This document shows, piece after piece, positions 36,973 to 51,856 of a stretch of 64,000 nucleotides of DNA. Source of the stretch: Camelus ferus (Eukaryota). Made by a program: the position numbers and the translations under genes. Below the pieces are notes generated by a model, which made no database searches, was not told where the DNA came from, and saw only the letters and a list, made by a program, of their open reading frames with translations. How positions within the stretch are numbered: position 1 is the first letter of the stretch; each line of letters starts with the position of its first letter. The stretch spans positions 70,372,001-70,436,000 of the forward strand of contig NC_045696.1 in the NCBI RefSeq assembly GCF_009834535.1. The letters run 5' to 3'.

Positions 36973-39881
36973 CTGAGAAATCAAGAACAGTAAGGTTAGT
37001 AACCCCCAGGGGAGGCCTCTGGATTTGGTCAAGGCTGAGACAGGATGTGGCGCTTCCTTCGTTCCTGTGAGGAAAATCCATGCTTCCAGCAACTGGTGAG
37101 ATACTTTACTGGACAGTAATCAGAAATGGGCGTGTCCCTCCTCAGTCCCTTGGTGCCAGCCGCAGGTGGACCTCTCTAGGGACACCCCCCCACCCCAGGG
37201 TTTCCAGCTTTTTCAGACTGACGAGCTTCCTTAAGGGCTGCTTGGTCCCTCTCTGCCTTTACTGTGCAGAGCAGTTCAGTTCCACCCAGCCCTGCGCTCC
37301 CCACTCCCCCGCCTTATCCCTCACCGAGTAAGGCGCTCAAAGACGCTCCTTCTTTGTGCAGGTGGTGGGGATACAGTATATGTGAAAAATCACGTCATTT
37401 CCCTGCCTCATTGTAAAGCTGGTAGCCACCTACGGGGCTGCGATTTTAGTCTGCTTTGGAGGAAGGAAGTCTAATTGCTCCCCCAGTAGTCTTGCTTTGC
37501 TCCACCTGTTACTGCACCAACACTGTGGTCCTACTCAGTGGATCCGATCCAACGCATAGCTAGAGGGCAAAATGGGATCCTGGCAGAAGCCGCCACAGGC
37601 TTTGGAGTCGGAGGTGAGCTGGAATTCCAGTTCTGACACTAACCTGCCACGTGATCTTAGGCAGGTCCCTTCTCTGACTTGAGAGAGGATGACTCTTCTC
37701 TGTAAGGTTGCTGAACATTAAATTAGACAAGATCCTTATTTAAAGTATCTTTAACCGGCTGGCACCCCACCAGGGCTCAGCTTTTATTACAATCTAGGGA
37801 CACCCTTAATTTTAAAGTTAAATGATAATTTCAGAAGGGTTTCAATGATGCAGGGTCTGGGTGTTGACACGAGCGCATCTATGGGGCTGAGCGAGGCTGT
37901 GGGACTGAAGGGAGCTGCAAGAGGTGGTCTGTTTCTATGAATGTCCTGGCAAGAACAGCAACCAAAACAGTGATAAAAAAACAAATGCCTGTGTCCAGGA
38001 TGTGGAAGACGTTCAAGAACAGGGCAGTGGAGTGGACGACAGGGGAGGCACAGAGCAAATACCACCACTCAGAAGACTGACCACGTCCTGAGCATTTACC
38101 ACAGCCGAGCCCCTTGTGCTGCATACTCTGTGTGGGTGAGCTCGTCAAATCCTCACCGCCACTCTAGCAGGAAGGTACTGCCGTGTCCAGCCCTGCAACC
38201 CCCCAGGATTTGAACTTTAAAAAGCATTACATACAGAAACTTTAAGAGGTTATGTAAAGTTGTCTTCCAGAAAGGACTTTACTTTTTTCCTCAAAATTTT
38301 CACCACCCTTAGGGGGGAAACCTACTAAGAGCTAAGACAGAATGGAAATAAGCACTACCCCTGAAATAAATCACGCTAGTGAGTGTGAAATTATTTCACA
38401 CCTTCATTTCCTAACTAGGTGAAAAGGATGTGCTTCGAGACCCAGAAAGCAGCTATCCACGATGAGGGTCACAGCTCATGGGCCCCTGGAGTCCCGCAGG
38501 ATGCTGCAGAGGTAACGTCTGGCTTCGGAGACCAGCCCAGGGGACAGTGGCCTTAGTTCTTCCCAGTGCTCTCAGTGGGCTGAGGATGGTCTGAAGGGAA
38601 TCCTGAGCAGGGCAGCCAGAAAGAGAAGACAGACTGCAGGGGCCCTGCTTTGCATTCTAGACTCACGCCTTGGGTCCGCCAGACACAGGAGAGGGACCGT
38701 CCCTAACCTGAGAACGTTTCAACTTGCCTTGACGCTGTAAAAATACTTTTTCTCAATAGACTTTGGTAGGAAAAATGATCCTATTCTTGGAGAGAAAGTG
38801 TGTGGAGTATCACACTTCCAGTAGATACTAAGTAAGATACACTGGGGAGTTCCAAGCTAAAGATAATTTGAAGGTTTGAGAAATACTGCAAACTGAGCAT
38901 AAGCAAGCAAGAGAGAAAACGGTCCTGCCCTGATTCTCCGAGTCCCTTCAGTACTGCTGGCATGAACTGGGGAGCAGGGCGGGTTAAGGACAAGGACGAC
39001 AGGTGCCTTTCACTGGCCATTCGAAACCTCACCACACTCCCTGTGACATGGGACCAAGCCTCCCTGATCGCACCTTTGCTTATTCCCTGGTTACCCCGTG
39101 ATAAAGTTTAACAAGGAGGGTCCAAATGGAAACAAGTCGGGAATGGTCTAGGTAAGGTGCCCTGGGTGGGGGGAGGAGGTGTTAAGGCAGGTTAATTAAA
39201 AAGAAGGTTGTAAAGGCCAAGTTAGCAAATGACAAAGCAGGGGGAGACCTCTCCTTATACTTTTATAAAACAGCCCTTTGCTTTGAAAGGATAACGTAAG
39301 GAAAAACCTCTCATGAAATGTACTACTGTACTCACTATGAAGATGCAGCTGTGCAGGCCACTTACGATGACCTGTGCAGAATTCCCATCAGACCCTGCGC
39401 TGAGAAAAACTGCTGGGCAGTTACTAGTTGTGCAGACTTGCTACTAATTATGTTTTCTTTTTTGCTTTTGTCACTTGGAAACTCAAAGCTAAGTGGTCAG
39501 CTATATAAGACTAGCAGCTGGATAGGGCTTGGGGGCAAACATTTACGTGTGCTATTATAACCTGGTTTTATATTATTTTCATAGGCGAACAGTTTTAAAA
39601 AATCTAGATTTCCTTATTTATTTTATCCAATTGGATCTATTTTGGAAGCCAACTCAAATCATTATGGGAAAGTGAAGGTCATGTCGGATCAGAAGTAGAA
39701 AATGCTACTGTTAAAAACAGAATCAGTGCTTTCCACACACACCCCCCCTGCCCCCGGCAACAGTACATGGCAGAGACGTCTGTTCTAGGCACAGAGTAGA
39801 TGGCTCTAGCCCCCGGGAGTTTGCTCACTGAGACAGAAGGTGCAGAAGTCTCAAATGATGGTCCAATCCATGTTTTCTAAT

Positions 39882-40030
39882 CCAGCACTTCTCCAGCTTT
39901 TATGTGTGTGAGTATCACTAAGCGATCTTGTTAAAATGCAGATTCTGGTTAGAAGGTCTGGGGTGGGGTCTGAGATTCTGCGTTTCTCACATGCTCCCGA
40001 GCTGGTCCTTAGTTTGCACTTGAAGCAGCC
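39882..40030. mobile_element. MER5A relic
   Basis: atcttgttaaaatgcagattctg...ggtctggggtggggtctgagattctgcgtttct. Confidence 0.8.
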
Positions 40031-43000
40031 GTGTGCTAATCTGTACCTAGAACAGCTCAGTGCGGCTGGACTTCCTGTCCTCACTGAGCCCTAATGGGAG
40101 CAGGACACTCTCAGGTTATGGGCACTTGCCTCCTGATTCAGCTGTACCAAATCAGCCAGTCAATTAGCATTTCTCTTTTTCTAAGGTATCCCGATTAGGT
40201 ATGTTTTCAGCATCCATTAAGCTCTCGTGCATCTTTGCAACCCTTGGGTATAAAAAGAAAATTTACTAAGAATATTTTTACCCCATGGTTTACTTTGAAT
40301 CTTCCTGAAATGCAAGCTCTGTACCTACTTTACTACACAGGTGAACAGGATTGTGTAAACTGAGGAAGAGAAGGCTTGGAGACCTACCCAACCTGAATGA
40401 AAAATTCACGGCCAACTAAGGGTCATAACCAGGTCCTCTACCTCATAAACCCTAGCCCCCTTGTCCTAGGAGAAAAGCTGGAGTAACAAACAGGTAAGTG
40501 TGCACATACACGTGTGTATACACACATACATGCAGACCCATAATTTCAACACAACATACCCAGACCATGGTGGCACCAAGGCTTGTTATCTTAGTCCTCT
40601 AAGCTCTTAAACTCCTTGGAGATACCAAAGGAAGGGGTTTTCCAACAACATCCTTCAGGAATTAAAAAATATGGTTGTTCTTTGGGTGTGAAATAACTGA
40701 AGGTGACAGGTCATTTCTTATAGGCCATCATCCTGGACAGCAAGACACTGAACTAAGGAGTGCCTGCTCGGGCTGCCCTGGGACCCTCTGGAAGCAAAGT
40801 TTCTGCAGGGTGGAGACAACCTATTCTTGGTGGAGCTGTACTGTCTCTGTGGAAAAGTATCTGAAAACAAGTCATCTGAGGCGAAACAGGAGAGCCATCT
40901 GTAGACGTGCCTAGGACCCAGGAAATGCTTACCTCTCTTAAAATCCTTCCTGGAACAAGACAGAGTATTTTTAAAATGGAAACATTCAGGCAATGACTTA
41001 TAAGTCACTAAGGTGAGGATTTCTGTATTCTTCTCCATGGGTCTCGGGTTCGAAAAGTGAGGTGGGGCAAGAATGAGGGGAGGGACAGGGCCCTGGGGAG
41101 GCCGCTTGTCCAGCTGGTTTATGCCTGCCCCCTGCAGGCTCCTGTCCTCTCCCCCAGGCCTCCTGAACAGGGATCCAGTTCTGTGGTTCAGCAAATATTT
41201 CTAGGGCCTTACTATATCAGCACCTGGGGAATAAGGATGAGTAAATCCAGAGGAGTTTACAGATTCCGGGACATTAAAAACCCCACAAAAATATTTCCCC
41301 TTCTCTAGTCTGATAAGCAACACTTGAGAGGTTACTGAGGTATAATAACCACATATATAGCATGTCTGCCAGGGGCCTTGTTTGAAACACGGTCTCACGC
41401 TGTCTGCATATACCATCAAAATTGTCCTTGCAGTTACACTGTTGCGCTCACTGTAGTGTAATTATCTGTCTCTTCGTTAGCTAGTGAACTCCTTGAATAT
41501 GAGACTTTATCTTATTCATCCTTCTATTCCCAATGCTCTACACCCAGCAGATGTTCAACAATTTCTCAACAGTCCCACACCCTGGCTTATTCTGAGCTGT
41601 CCATTTAGGTATGAGAGCGGGCAGCAGCTTGCTCCTCTGGCCCAGCATGAAATCACTGACATTCGTCTTCCGTTTCTAAGAACTTGGACTTTCTAAAGAT
41701 TCTTTGTGATTTCTGGCATGTTTGTCCTGTATCTCAGTGAAATATCTATTTCATTATATTTAATTCACTTTTGGGGAAAGGATTATTTTTCAAATGTCAG
41801 AAAATACCAACCCTTTTAAGAAGGAAGGAAAACTACCAAGCCAGTGGGACTTGTGGTTAAAAGCCTTTCTCTTGTCACTTCAGCACGTCCTGGTGCAGAG
41901 CCCTCCGTCCGGTATGCCCGAGACCTGCTCCCTCAGAGCCTGCACTCCTGAGCCTGCCGGCCTGAGCCCAGCCCCGGCATCACTGGTCACTGGCACTACA
42001 GTTACCAGTGAGCTAGCTGCTTTTTTTTTTTTTTTTGTAGTATAAGGATGATGATAATAGCTGCCCCCATAAAGTGGCTGAGCAGATTAAGAAAGTGAGG
42101 CACATGGAGCACTTGGTAAATGCCCAGGACTTGGGAAGTTCTCAGTGTTATTAACTGGAGGGCCCAGTCTACATGCGATACTGGTCATGTATGCCTAATC
42201 TAATGTGGCCAACGAAATGGAAAGAAAGACATCAGAGCATGGCGCAGCCAAGGCTGGTGCACCTGCTAGCAAGAGGGATGGGTGGATGTTGTGGGAGAGA
42301 GAAGGGAGAGTGGAGGGAAAGCGTTGTGGGAGGAGAGCTTCAGGACAGGCTCTCTCTCCCACCCACTGGCACCCAGCACTGCCTGGCACAGAGCAGTCAT
42401 GAGATAATTATCTGCTGGTCAAATGGAGGAAGGGATGGGAAGGGCGAGCAGATTTTCTATGTACATAGTCACTGGCGTGTTTCTAAACCCCCTGCAATGC
42501 AGGAAGACACACACAGGGGTGGCTTTGGACAGACCTGGGTCCACCTGGATTCTGCAATGATCAGGGAGTGGCTCTGGCCAAGTTACTTAGCTTCTCTCAG
42601 TTTCTTTGGCTGTATAACTACTCTTTGCAGAATTGGGAGGATTAGCGATCCTGGATGGGCTTGGCACCTATTTGATGGTCAGTAAATGGTAGTGACTACT
42701 GTGATTGTGTTATTTCTGCTCCCAGGAGAAGTGCCTGGAAGAAAGAATGGGCTGAGAAGCAGGAAACCTGAGCTCTAATCCCATCTCAGCTCCCTGTATA
42801 ACTGCACAGGTCTCATCACTCCTCTAGGTCTGTGTTCCAATTTATCAAAGCGCAATGCCATCATGGGCCACACTCTACCATCTGCGTAAGATGTGGGCAC
42901 CATGAGATAATAAGCGCTTAAGGCATGAACGTTTCAAGTAAGATACTGATGTTTACTGAAGCTGATCATGGCTTTATTGCATCGTCAGAAGTAAACAAGG

Positions 43001-45699
43001 CCAACCAACTAGAGGCACTGTCACAAAGACTCCTGAGAGCCCTGAAGAGAAACAGTAAGATGCTATCAGAGAAACTGATTTGTCAAATCAGTGTCATACA
43101 CACAAAAAAAGTGGGAGCAACAAAACCTGAACACAGCCTCAGTTTGACAAATCTGTAAACATAAAGCACTCTTTCCAGACCATCTCACCCACCAGCACAG
43201 GACTGACTAGGAGTGATTTTTCCAACTGGAAGAGAAAGAAAAACAATCAATACTATCTGCTAGCATAAATTTCTTTCTTCCTGTGTGATAAAGTCCAATG
43301 ATAAGAGCTGAAAATTAAACTGTAGCTGAACATTACACGAAGAAGCAGTGATGGCTCTGGAAATGACCTTGTAAGACTCAGCATTAAAGTAAATCCGGTG
43401 GAAAATGAGGTGCTGATGATCTAGGAGAGCCCCAGGGAGAGGGCCGTTGGCTCATGTAGCGCCAACACATTTCAAAGCTCAGTGACTCACAGACGTGGTG
43501 GAAGTGAGAGCTGTAATTACATCTGCTGGAAGGAAGAAAACAAACCAGGGCTTCCAGGATCCACGGGCCTCGCAACCAGCATATCAAGCTTTGATACAGG
43601 AAACAACCGTGATCCCTGCCACCCTGAAGGCTGGGTTCCTAGGAATACGGGTAACACTATGGATTCTGGACACAAAGCCTTCCGAGTCATACACAGAGAT
43701 GGGGACAGTCACAGGGACTGAGCTCTGCTTGTTCATTTCTTATTCTCCACAATAAATAAGTGCTGAAATAAAAATCTTAACATTTCCCTTCCTACTTGTC
43801 TTCCCACATGAACACATGAGAGGGCTGAGTCTAGTTTGTGAAGGACATGGGGCTCTTGGTTTAATTCTGCAGCATAATTGTCTCTTCAATCTAGGCGGCT
43901 TCTGCTGGCGGTGCTGTGATGTGCTGGTGGGGATGGGGGTACAGATGGTGCAGAATGTATGGCTTGAGAACCATATTCCCCACTTCCCTCCCGCCTGCCT
44001 CGGCCTGTCAAATCTTTCTGTACCTAATAGAGTCAGACTTTTACCACCACGTAAGCTGTTTCAAACTAGAGGTCCTTAATATTTAACACTTTTGCCTAAA
44101 ATGAAACTTTGACTTCAGAGATAAGCCATTGTTTCCTTTCCCATCTGCAAACAGAAAACACCTTTCCTAAAATTCCCACAGACAACAGTTTAAACAGAAC
44201 GTGACCTCTCATACACCCTCGTTTCCCAATGCCTCAGAACTCTCAGCAGCTCACAGCTGCTAATGAATCAGGTGAAGAAATAATAAAATAAGCAGGTACC
44301 TTGCTAAGCCGACTGGAGAGAGGAGGGAAACACCGGGCAGAACATCTCTCAAGGAAATTTCACTTAGAGTGGTGATCCCAGCTCTAAGGGAAGAGTATCT
44401 GAGGTCGAAGATGGAAACCGTGAGAGGCTGAATAAAAAATATTCATTAAAAACCAAGATCTTCAAAACCACAATAAAAAAGACACAGCACAGTGAGAGTT
44501 CACAGCAGAGGAAGAGAATGCTGACTTAAGTCTTGTGAGGTGTGAAAAGGTGTAACCACCACCAGCACCACGGGTAACAATTACTGAGCAAGTAATTATG
44601 CGAGCCAGCCCTGTTCCACGCACTGAACATGTATTACCTCGTCTCAGTAAATCATCGCAAAACCTCTATGAGGTCAGTTCTCCTGTTATCCTTAGTCCCA
44701 GGGTGCACGATGTGCCCAAGGTCCGTCTGGTTGGTGGTAGAGCCCAGATCTGAGTCTGGGCAGTAGGTTTCTTCCACGTCTATGCTTGTGGCATCCATCT
44801 GGAAGACGCCTGACAGAAAGTCACGTTCAAGGGACCCAGAAGGTTGTGCCAGGAACAGACCAGGACTAGCTGGGGTCAGTATCTACACCACACTCTTAAA
44901 CACTGATGGTCTCTGACCTCCTTCGGGGGATCCTTGATAATTCTGCTTCCTAGTTAAGGGAAAGTCATCCCACCAGGCCTGTGAAGGGTCAACAAAAGGC
45001 CCAGGAAGATGGAGACAGAGAGGGAGAGGGAGTTACAAAGTTACAGGAATTAGAGTTACAAAGAAAGCTCCACAGTAGGTTGGCATTTTCTGTTAGTCAG
45101 AACCCCTACCCCCACCTTTGTCTTATTTTAAAAAAAAAAAAAAGGCAGGGAAAGCATTCATTTCCTATATGTAATTAAGGCCTAGCTACGTTTTGATTAT
45201 CTAACTGATTGCTGCCTACTTAAGAAGAATGTCAAATAACTATCTTGATAGATGCTGCTATAGGGCAGCAATTATGACAGAGCTCTTCTCCGAGGGCAGG
45301 GTCTTTAATGATTTTCTGTGAGAGATATGACTGATGAAACATGTTCAGTTTCAGTATTCCCGCCCATCTGGATAGACCTAAAAATGACTACCTGATAACA
45401 AGAGAAATACAGAATCAACCCTGGAAAAGAAAGTTTAACTCTGAAATGAGCAAAGCCCAATACAAGTTAATAATGTAATTACAAAGCAAAGAGGAAGAGC
45501 CCTGCTGCACCGTGGTCGTACTCTAGTTATTTTAGACACCAATTTGCTGTCTAAGAGAAATGCTTTGGACCATTTCTTTGAGAGGTGAAGGGAGAAGAAG
45601 GAACTGAGAAAAATTATTAAGTTATTGTTCATTGTACCAAAAAAACTAGAAACTTCCAAATCTTGCCGTTATAAAGTAATGGAAATAAACTACTAACTC

Positions 45700-48330
45700 T
45701 CCCAACTTAAGTATAAAATTAGCCAAAGAATATAGATAGCAGTTGTTTTCAAACTTTGGACAAAAGGCAGAGCAGGAATGTGATCCTCGACAGAGAGGAA
45801 ACATACAAGGTGAGTCCGTGATGTCCCTGGAATTCTACCTGGAGGCACTTTCTAGACTGTGGCACAGGGAGGGAGGGTCCTAGGAGAGCATGGCAGTCTT
45901 GCTGAGCTGAGGAATCAGAGACAGGAATTTGGGGCTGGACAGTGGGGAGATTTTGAAAAGGAAGAAGTTGAGTTGACAAGAAGCTCCAGGAATCTATATA
46001 GGTGTTCCCTTAAGTTTCTGGCCTGATACTCAGCTGCACGTAGGCAGGCAAGACTCCAGAGGCCTGGCAGAGAACAGCTGCTGGGAGCTGGGAGATAATA
46101 GGATCCTCTGGAGGTTGCAGAGTGCTGGGCTGGGAATACTAATAACCAGCTGAAGTGGAAAGACCCTGGGTGTTCAATGAGACCATAAAAAAGCCACATA
46201 TTAGGAGCAGGACTATTCTAGACCTGGCTAAACAAAGCTTAAAAATAAGCCTCAAGAATATGTAGCTGATTTAACAGTAAATTAACCTACTAGAAAAAAA
46301 TTCAAACCTCTAAAGGAAGACAACAAAATCCAGATGATAACATACTACCCACTATGCCCAGCATGCAATCAAAAGTCTAGGTATGCAGAGCAGGAAAACA
46401 TGACTTACAGCCAGAAAAGAAACTGACAGACTCAGAGGTGACAGAGACACTGGGTGAGCAGACAAAGAATTTAAAACATTTATTTTATAAATACTTTAAG
46501 GATTTAAAGGACCTAACAACTCAATACATGAGAAAACCCCAGTAGAGAAATGGAAACTATAAAAAGCACTAAATGATGGGAGGTTAATAAATGAACCTAT
46601 AGCATTGCAAGGTCCCTATATTTTACATTAAGTAGTAAAATATTAACTCTAATCAGTAATAATGTAAAGTTGTATTCTGTAATACCTACAGCCACCACTA
46701 AAAAATAAAGCAAAGAGATACAGTTAAAGAAGCAACAGAACTAAAATAAATATTAAAAAATATTCAAATAACTCCCCCCAAAAATAGCAGAGTAAAATTC
46801 AGCTAAGTCAAAAAAATAAATAGATGAAAAGGAAACAGACAAATCAACAATCATAGTTGGAGATCTGTAACACTCTCAGTAACTAATAAAATAACTTGAC
46901 AAAAAATCAGTAAGCATACAGAAGATATAAAAAGCACTATCAACTGCCTTCACTTACAGGCAAATTTATAGGAATTACACCCAAAACTGCAGATTACACT
47001 TTTTTTTTCAAATGTACAATTAATGTTCACATAGGAAGATGATACGCTTGCTCATAACAAAGTCTCAATGACTTTCCAAAGGTTTGTATCTTCCTGGGTA
47101 TGCTCTCGGACAATGAGAGTTAAATCAGAAACCCGTAACGATAATGTATCTAGAGAAACCTCAAATATTTGGAAATTAAAATAATATACTTCTAAATAAC
47201 CAATAAGTGAAAGAAGAAATCACAAGGTAAAATAGAAAATATTTCAAGAAGAAAGATGATGAAAGTACAACATCAGAATTTGTGGGATGCAGCTCATGTA
47301 GTACTTAGACAGAAAATTATAGCTTTACATTTTATATTAGGTAAGAAGAAATGGAAATTGTAGAACTGACAAGTATAATACCTAATATGAAAAATTCACT
47401 GGATGATCTTGACAGCAGATTTGATACTTGCAGAAGAAAAGATCAGTGAATTTGAAGATATGATAATAGAAGTTACTCAAATTGAAGCAGAGAGAAAATA
47501 AGGTAACAATAATGAAAAAGGCCTCACTGACCTATGGAACAACATTAAATTGTCTAATATACATGTAATTAGAGGCCTGGAAGGAGGGAGACTGGGGCAG
47601 AAAATACATTTAAAGAGAATGGCTAGAAGTTTTCCAAATTTGATGAAAATATTAAAACATACAGATCCAAGCAGCTTAATGAACCCCAAGAAAAATAAAG
47701 AAGGCCACCTCTAGGCATGTCATTGCTGAAAACCAAAGATAGAGAGGAAAACTTGAAAGCAGCCAGAGGGGGAAAAAGACAGCATATACAAGGTATTACC
47801 AGTTGGCTTCCCTGGAAAAAAGACTCTGAGATGGAGTATCTATGTGCTGGCAGTTACTGGTGGGTGCTTGGAACAGAACCTATGGGGAAGTACAAGAAGC
47901 AGAACTGGGCAGAGAGGTGTTAAACTGTGATGCAATCACAACAAAGGCCCCAGGTGATCCCAAAGAGAGCTCTGGTGTAAGATGGCCTTGAAGAATGGTC
48001 CTGCATTAAGACAAGGTCTTCTGGCCTTTATAACCCTTCAATCGCTAGTCACGACATTCACGCTGTTTCAGGAAGAGGCTGTCACTGTTGATAAGTTAGA
48101 TCTCTTTAGCTGAGAGCAATTCCTGAAGAAGGATGAGTTGAAGGTTATCAATTGCTAAAACTCCCAGCAGCTGAAGGAATGAGTATGTCGCATTCTACTG
48201 AAAGACAGAACAGGGTACCACAGCATCCACAATAAAGAAAAACAGTGGTAAGAATGACCACTGATGACTTAGAAACAATGCAACCCATAAGACAGTGGAA
48301 CAGCATTTTTAATGAGCCGAAAGAAAAAAA
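45700..48330 (+). mobile_element. Cluster of ancient L1M fragments (5'UTR/ORF1/ORF2 pieces) with nested LTR
   Basis: A-rich sense-L1 texture with ORF1-like (gacctatggaacaacattaa, tttccaaatttgatgaaaa) and endonuclease-like pieces. Confidence 0.75.
47790..48230. mobile_element. LTR16-like solo LTR (ERVL) nested in L1
   Basis: ttccctggaaaaaagactctgagatggag...gaagcagaactgggcagagag...aactgtgatgca. Confidence 0.6.
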
Positions 48331-49329
48331 AAATGAACTGTAATCATCATGGATGTCAACATCATGGAAGTTGACGATCAACAAAAGCTTCTCGAGAGGG
48401 GAAATCTTTATAGATCCCTTTGTGGAATGAACTTGTACTTAGGCTCAGGAAGTCCCTGGGTCCTGCAGTGCCTGTCCAGGACTACTGTGCCCATGAGAAA
48501 ACTATGCCAGACATTTACTCAAAGCGTGCAGCCTCTGTGTGCTCTTCTCAGCAAGTTTCATGGCGACCACTGCAGTCCATACCAAGTATCTCTGACATGA
48601 CAGTGTAAATTAAAAGAAATTAATAAACTGGGTACCTGTTAAAAAAAACTTATTTTTTTCTGGAAATCAAGGTAAATATGCGGGACAGAAATTGAGGCCA
48701 TGCAAATGTGGGTTTCACTGTAATTACTACAGTAATGATTTAAATATTATTCAATTGTAATAAACTGTCCTGTTTTAGTTAATAGAGATACAAAAAAGTT
48801 TTGATTCAAGATTCCTCCTCCCCAAATGCTTTTCAGCTATTATTGAATTCTACTCTGGTATATTTTCATATTTTTCTGACACTCAGTTATTTGTTTTTGT
48901 CCTTTTCTGTTGGGTGCATATTGAAAGTTGCCTCAAAGCAGCTCAGGATGCAGGTAACACATTTAAAAACAACACCGAAAACAACAGAAGGTAGTTTGTG
49001 CCAAGTGCCAAATGAAGGATGGGTAATCACTGCTACAAGAATCGGAAAGGAAGAGGTGATCAGTTCAAAGACGTTTAAAGTCAATGCTGTGAAGTCCAAG
49101 TGGGCCCCCCTGGTATTTCCCTGGTCTGTTTACTCACCCACTATACTAGAGGCTTACCATCACCTCTCTCTTCAAACCTCCAATGTTAATCCCTCCCTCC
49201 ATGTTCTCAATTGATTTCTCAGTGAGCCAGAAAACAAGGAGGAAGAAAGCCCCCGGAAGTATTCACCACCATGGCCACCAAGCTATGTCCCCATATTGCT
49301 CCTGGGGCCCCGCAGCATGTTCCTGCTTC

Positions 49330-49672
49330 CAGAACTTTGCGCTTGCTGTCCTTTCTGTCTGGAACGCTCTTCTCCCTTATGCTCACATGACTGCACCTTC
49401 ATTGTTTTTCAGGTAGAAGATGTTAGCTATCAACCTGTGGTGACCACTCCATATAAAACAGCAATCTTTCATCTCCTTCGTTGTGCTTTCTCTCCACAGC
49501 CTTGTCAGAATCTGACGTACCACATCTTTACTTATTTAATATCTACCGCCTGCCACCTGAATGTGTGCTCTGTGAGGGGAGGGACTTGGTTTTATTCCCT
49601 GCAGCATCCCTCGCACTTAGACCCATGCCTGGTACATAGTAGACATCCAGTAAATATTGTTTTAATGAATGA
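49330..49672 (+). mobile_element. L2 3' fragment
   Basis: ctttgcgcttgctgtcctttctgtctggaacgctcttc...tgcctggtacatagtagacatccagtaaatattg...aatgaatga. Confidence 0.7.
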
Positions 49673-51856
49673 AGTAGAATTTGACCTGGAGGCTAAAAAA
49701 AGGCATCACTTCTGAAGGGAGGGAAGGAAAGACATCCCAGATTGTGGGAAGGAGGGGAAGAGCAAATGTATGGACATGGGATTGGTTATGTTTAGGAAAG
49801 TGAGAAATTCCCTTCAGTTGAAGAAGAAGGAAAGAAAGAGAAGATGAGGATGAAATGTGGGCTGGTGATGCATCAAAAGCCTAGACGGTCAATCTAAACC
49901 TATTCAGACTTAACTTTGTTAGTGACAGGGAGCAACTGAAGTTTTCTCAGCAGTAGAAGAAGTAGAGGAGGATGGGCTGAAACCCCAGGAGACAGAGGCA
50001 GTGGGGCCAAGTGAAGAGACTTGCAGGTAGAGGTGTGTACTGACTGGGGAATGACAACACTCGTGGAGGAAATGGCAAGTGGGGAGAAGGAGGTGCCTGG
50101 CATTGTTGAAGAAGGTTTCTCAGAGCTAAAAGCAAAATGCAGGGAGAGGTCATTGGAATTAGAGAATTTCTTCTTTCCAAAGATTACAAAGAAATTTCTG
50201 TATAAATTCATTTTCTCTTACACACTGCCGTGAAATTCCCAGAGACAGATATGAACTGCCCCACTTAGTACCATAAAAAGGTAGCCTTAATTGACTCAAT
50301 AAATGAAAAAGTGACTTAACCATGTAGAGTGAGGTCTCTCCTTTCAGAATATGCTGTACTTGGAATAATATCTATCATTAACAGATATTTCACTACAAAA
50401 CCAGGGTGCTAAAACTTACTCGTGTCATAATAGAACAACTGGAATGCCCCTAAGATACGTATGGAAAGCAACACACAAGTTCCAAGGCGGCAACTTCTGT
50501 CAGAACAGACTGTGCTGAGCAGCGGCCCACATTTCACCTTCATCTTCTCTTCCTTTCCTTCTGCTTTAACCAAAGGAGATGTCTCATTGCTGAACATGCT
50601 GAATCCTATGTTCTGATACTATATGAAAGGAGTGTGAGCTTTCAGGGGTGACACAGTAACTGATTTGGGACAGTGCTCCAGACAAAAGGCTGCACTCTGC
50701 AGTAATGGTGTATCAGCCACTCACGAATACCACACACATTAAAGCAGCTCAAACTCTGCAGAGCTCTGCTGTTTGGTGTTTGGATTCTCTGACCTTAACA
50801 AACAGGTGCTACCCAACACAGTGCAGTTAAGAATGGCCTGCTCAGTTGTTTTAATGCAAAATAATGAGCTGTTAGTCCTTCTGAAGAGAAAAAAGATCTC
50901 TGCCGTGTATTGTAGGAAGGCCTAAGAGCTTCAGCAGGAACACAGTTGGAGGGGAAAGGCCATCTGTAACTCGATCAAACTAAACTGCGGCAGGATCCAA
51001 AATTCCCAGGAGGTGGTAGAAGTGATGGCATTACTTGCTTTGATAGGGAATCCACTCCCATATCCTGAGCGGGTGCAAGGGGAGGATAAAGGATAAAGAA
51101 CCACCACTGGCTCTGATGTGGTCTCACATACATATGATCTCAAATAGACTCCACTCAGCAGAAACAATCTTCTCAATGTCTGTGAAGGGGTGTCATATTA
51201 AGCAGCAGAAAAACCACACCCAGTAACCCTCAATTGCCACAGACAACATATTCTATTAATTCAGGCTGGCTGTTAGGGTCTAACTAAAGTCATCCAGCAC
51301 ATCAACAAACATGCACTTTTCGGAGTTTAATACAACTACAGACTCCTAAGATCTTAACACTCCACAAGATCTAAAAATCAACCAGTGGCAGGAATCCTTC
51401 TGCATTAACTTTGAGAGACAGACATTAGGCCACTCATCACACACCTCTGGCAACAGGTAATGTCAGAAAATTCTCATACCAAGCCAACATCTCCATCTCC
51501 ACAGCAGCTACCCACAGGTACCAGTTCTGTCCTCCGTACTACAAAGAATGCCTCTGCTTTCTTCTAATTCGCCCCAGCTTCTTCACATCAGCATAGTCAC
51601 CTGGCCTACTAAGATCTTCCACCCTGTCTATTTAAAAAACAAAGACCAAATCCTGTCCTGTTTTTTCTGTTTGTTTTTGTTTGTTAAATCAACAGAGGCA
51701 TGGAAGTCACATCTGGATGTAATGTGCACCTAAATCCTACTAAGATAAATACTCTAAAGAGGCAGCATCCATCCATCAAGGGCTATCACTTTGCTGTTCA
51801 TTAGGGCTTGCATCTTTGCAGGAGAGTTAAGTGTGAGATATAAAAAGGGCAAATGA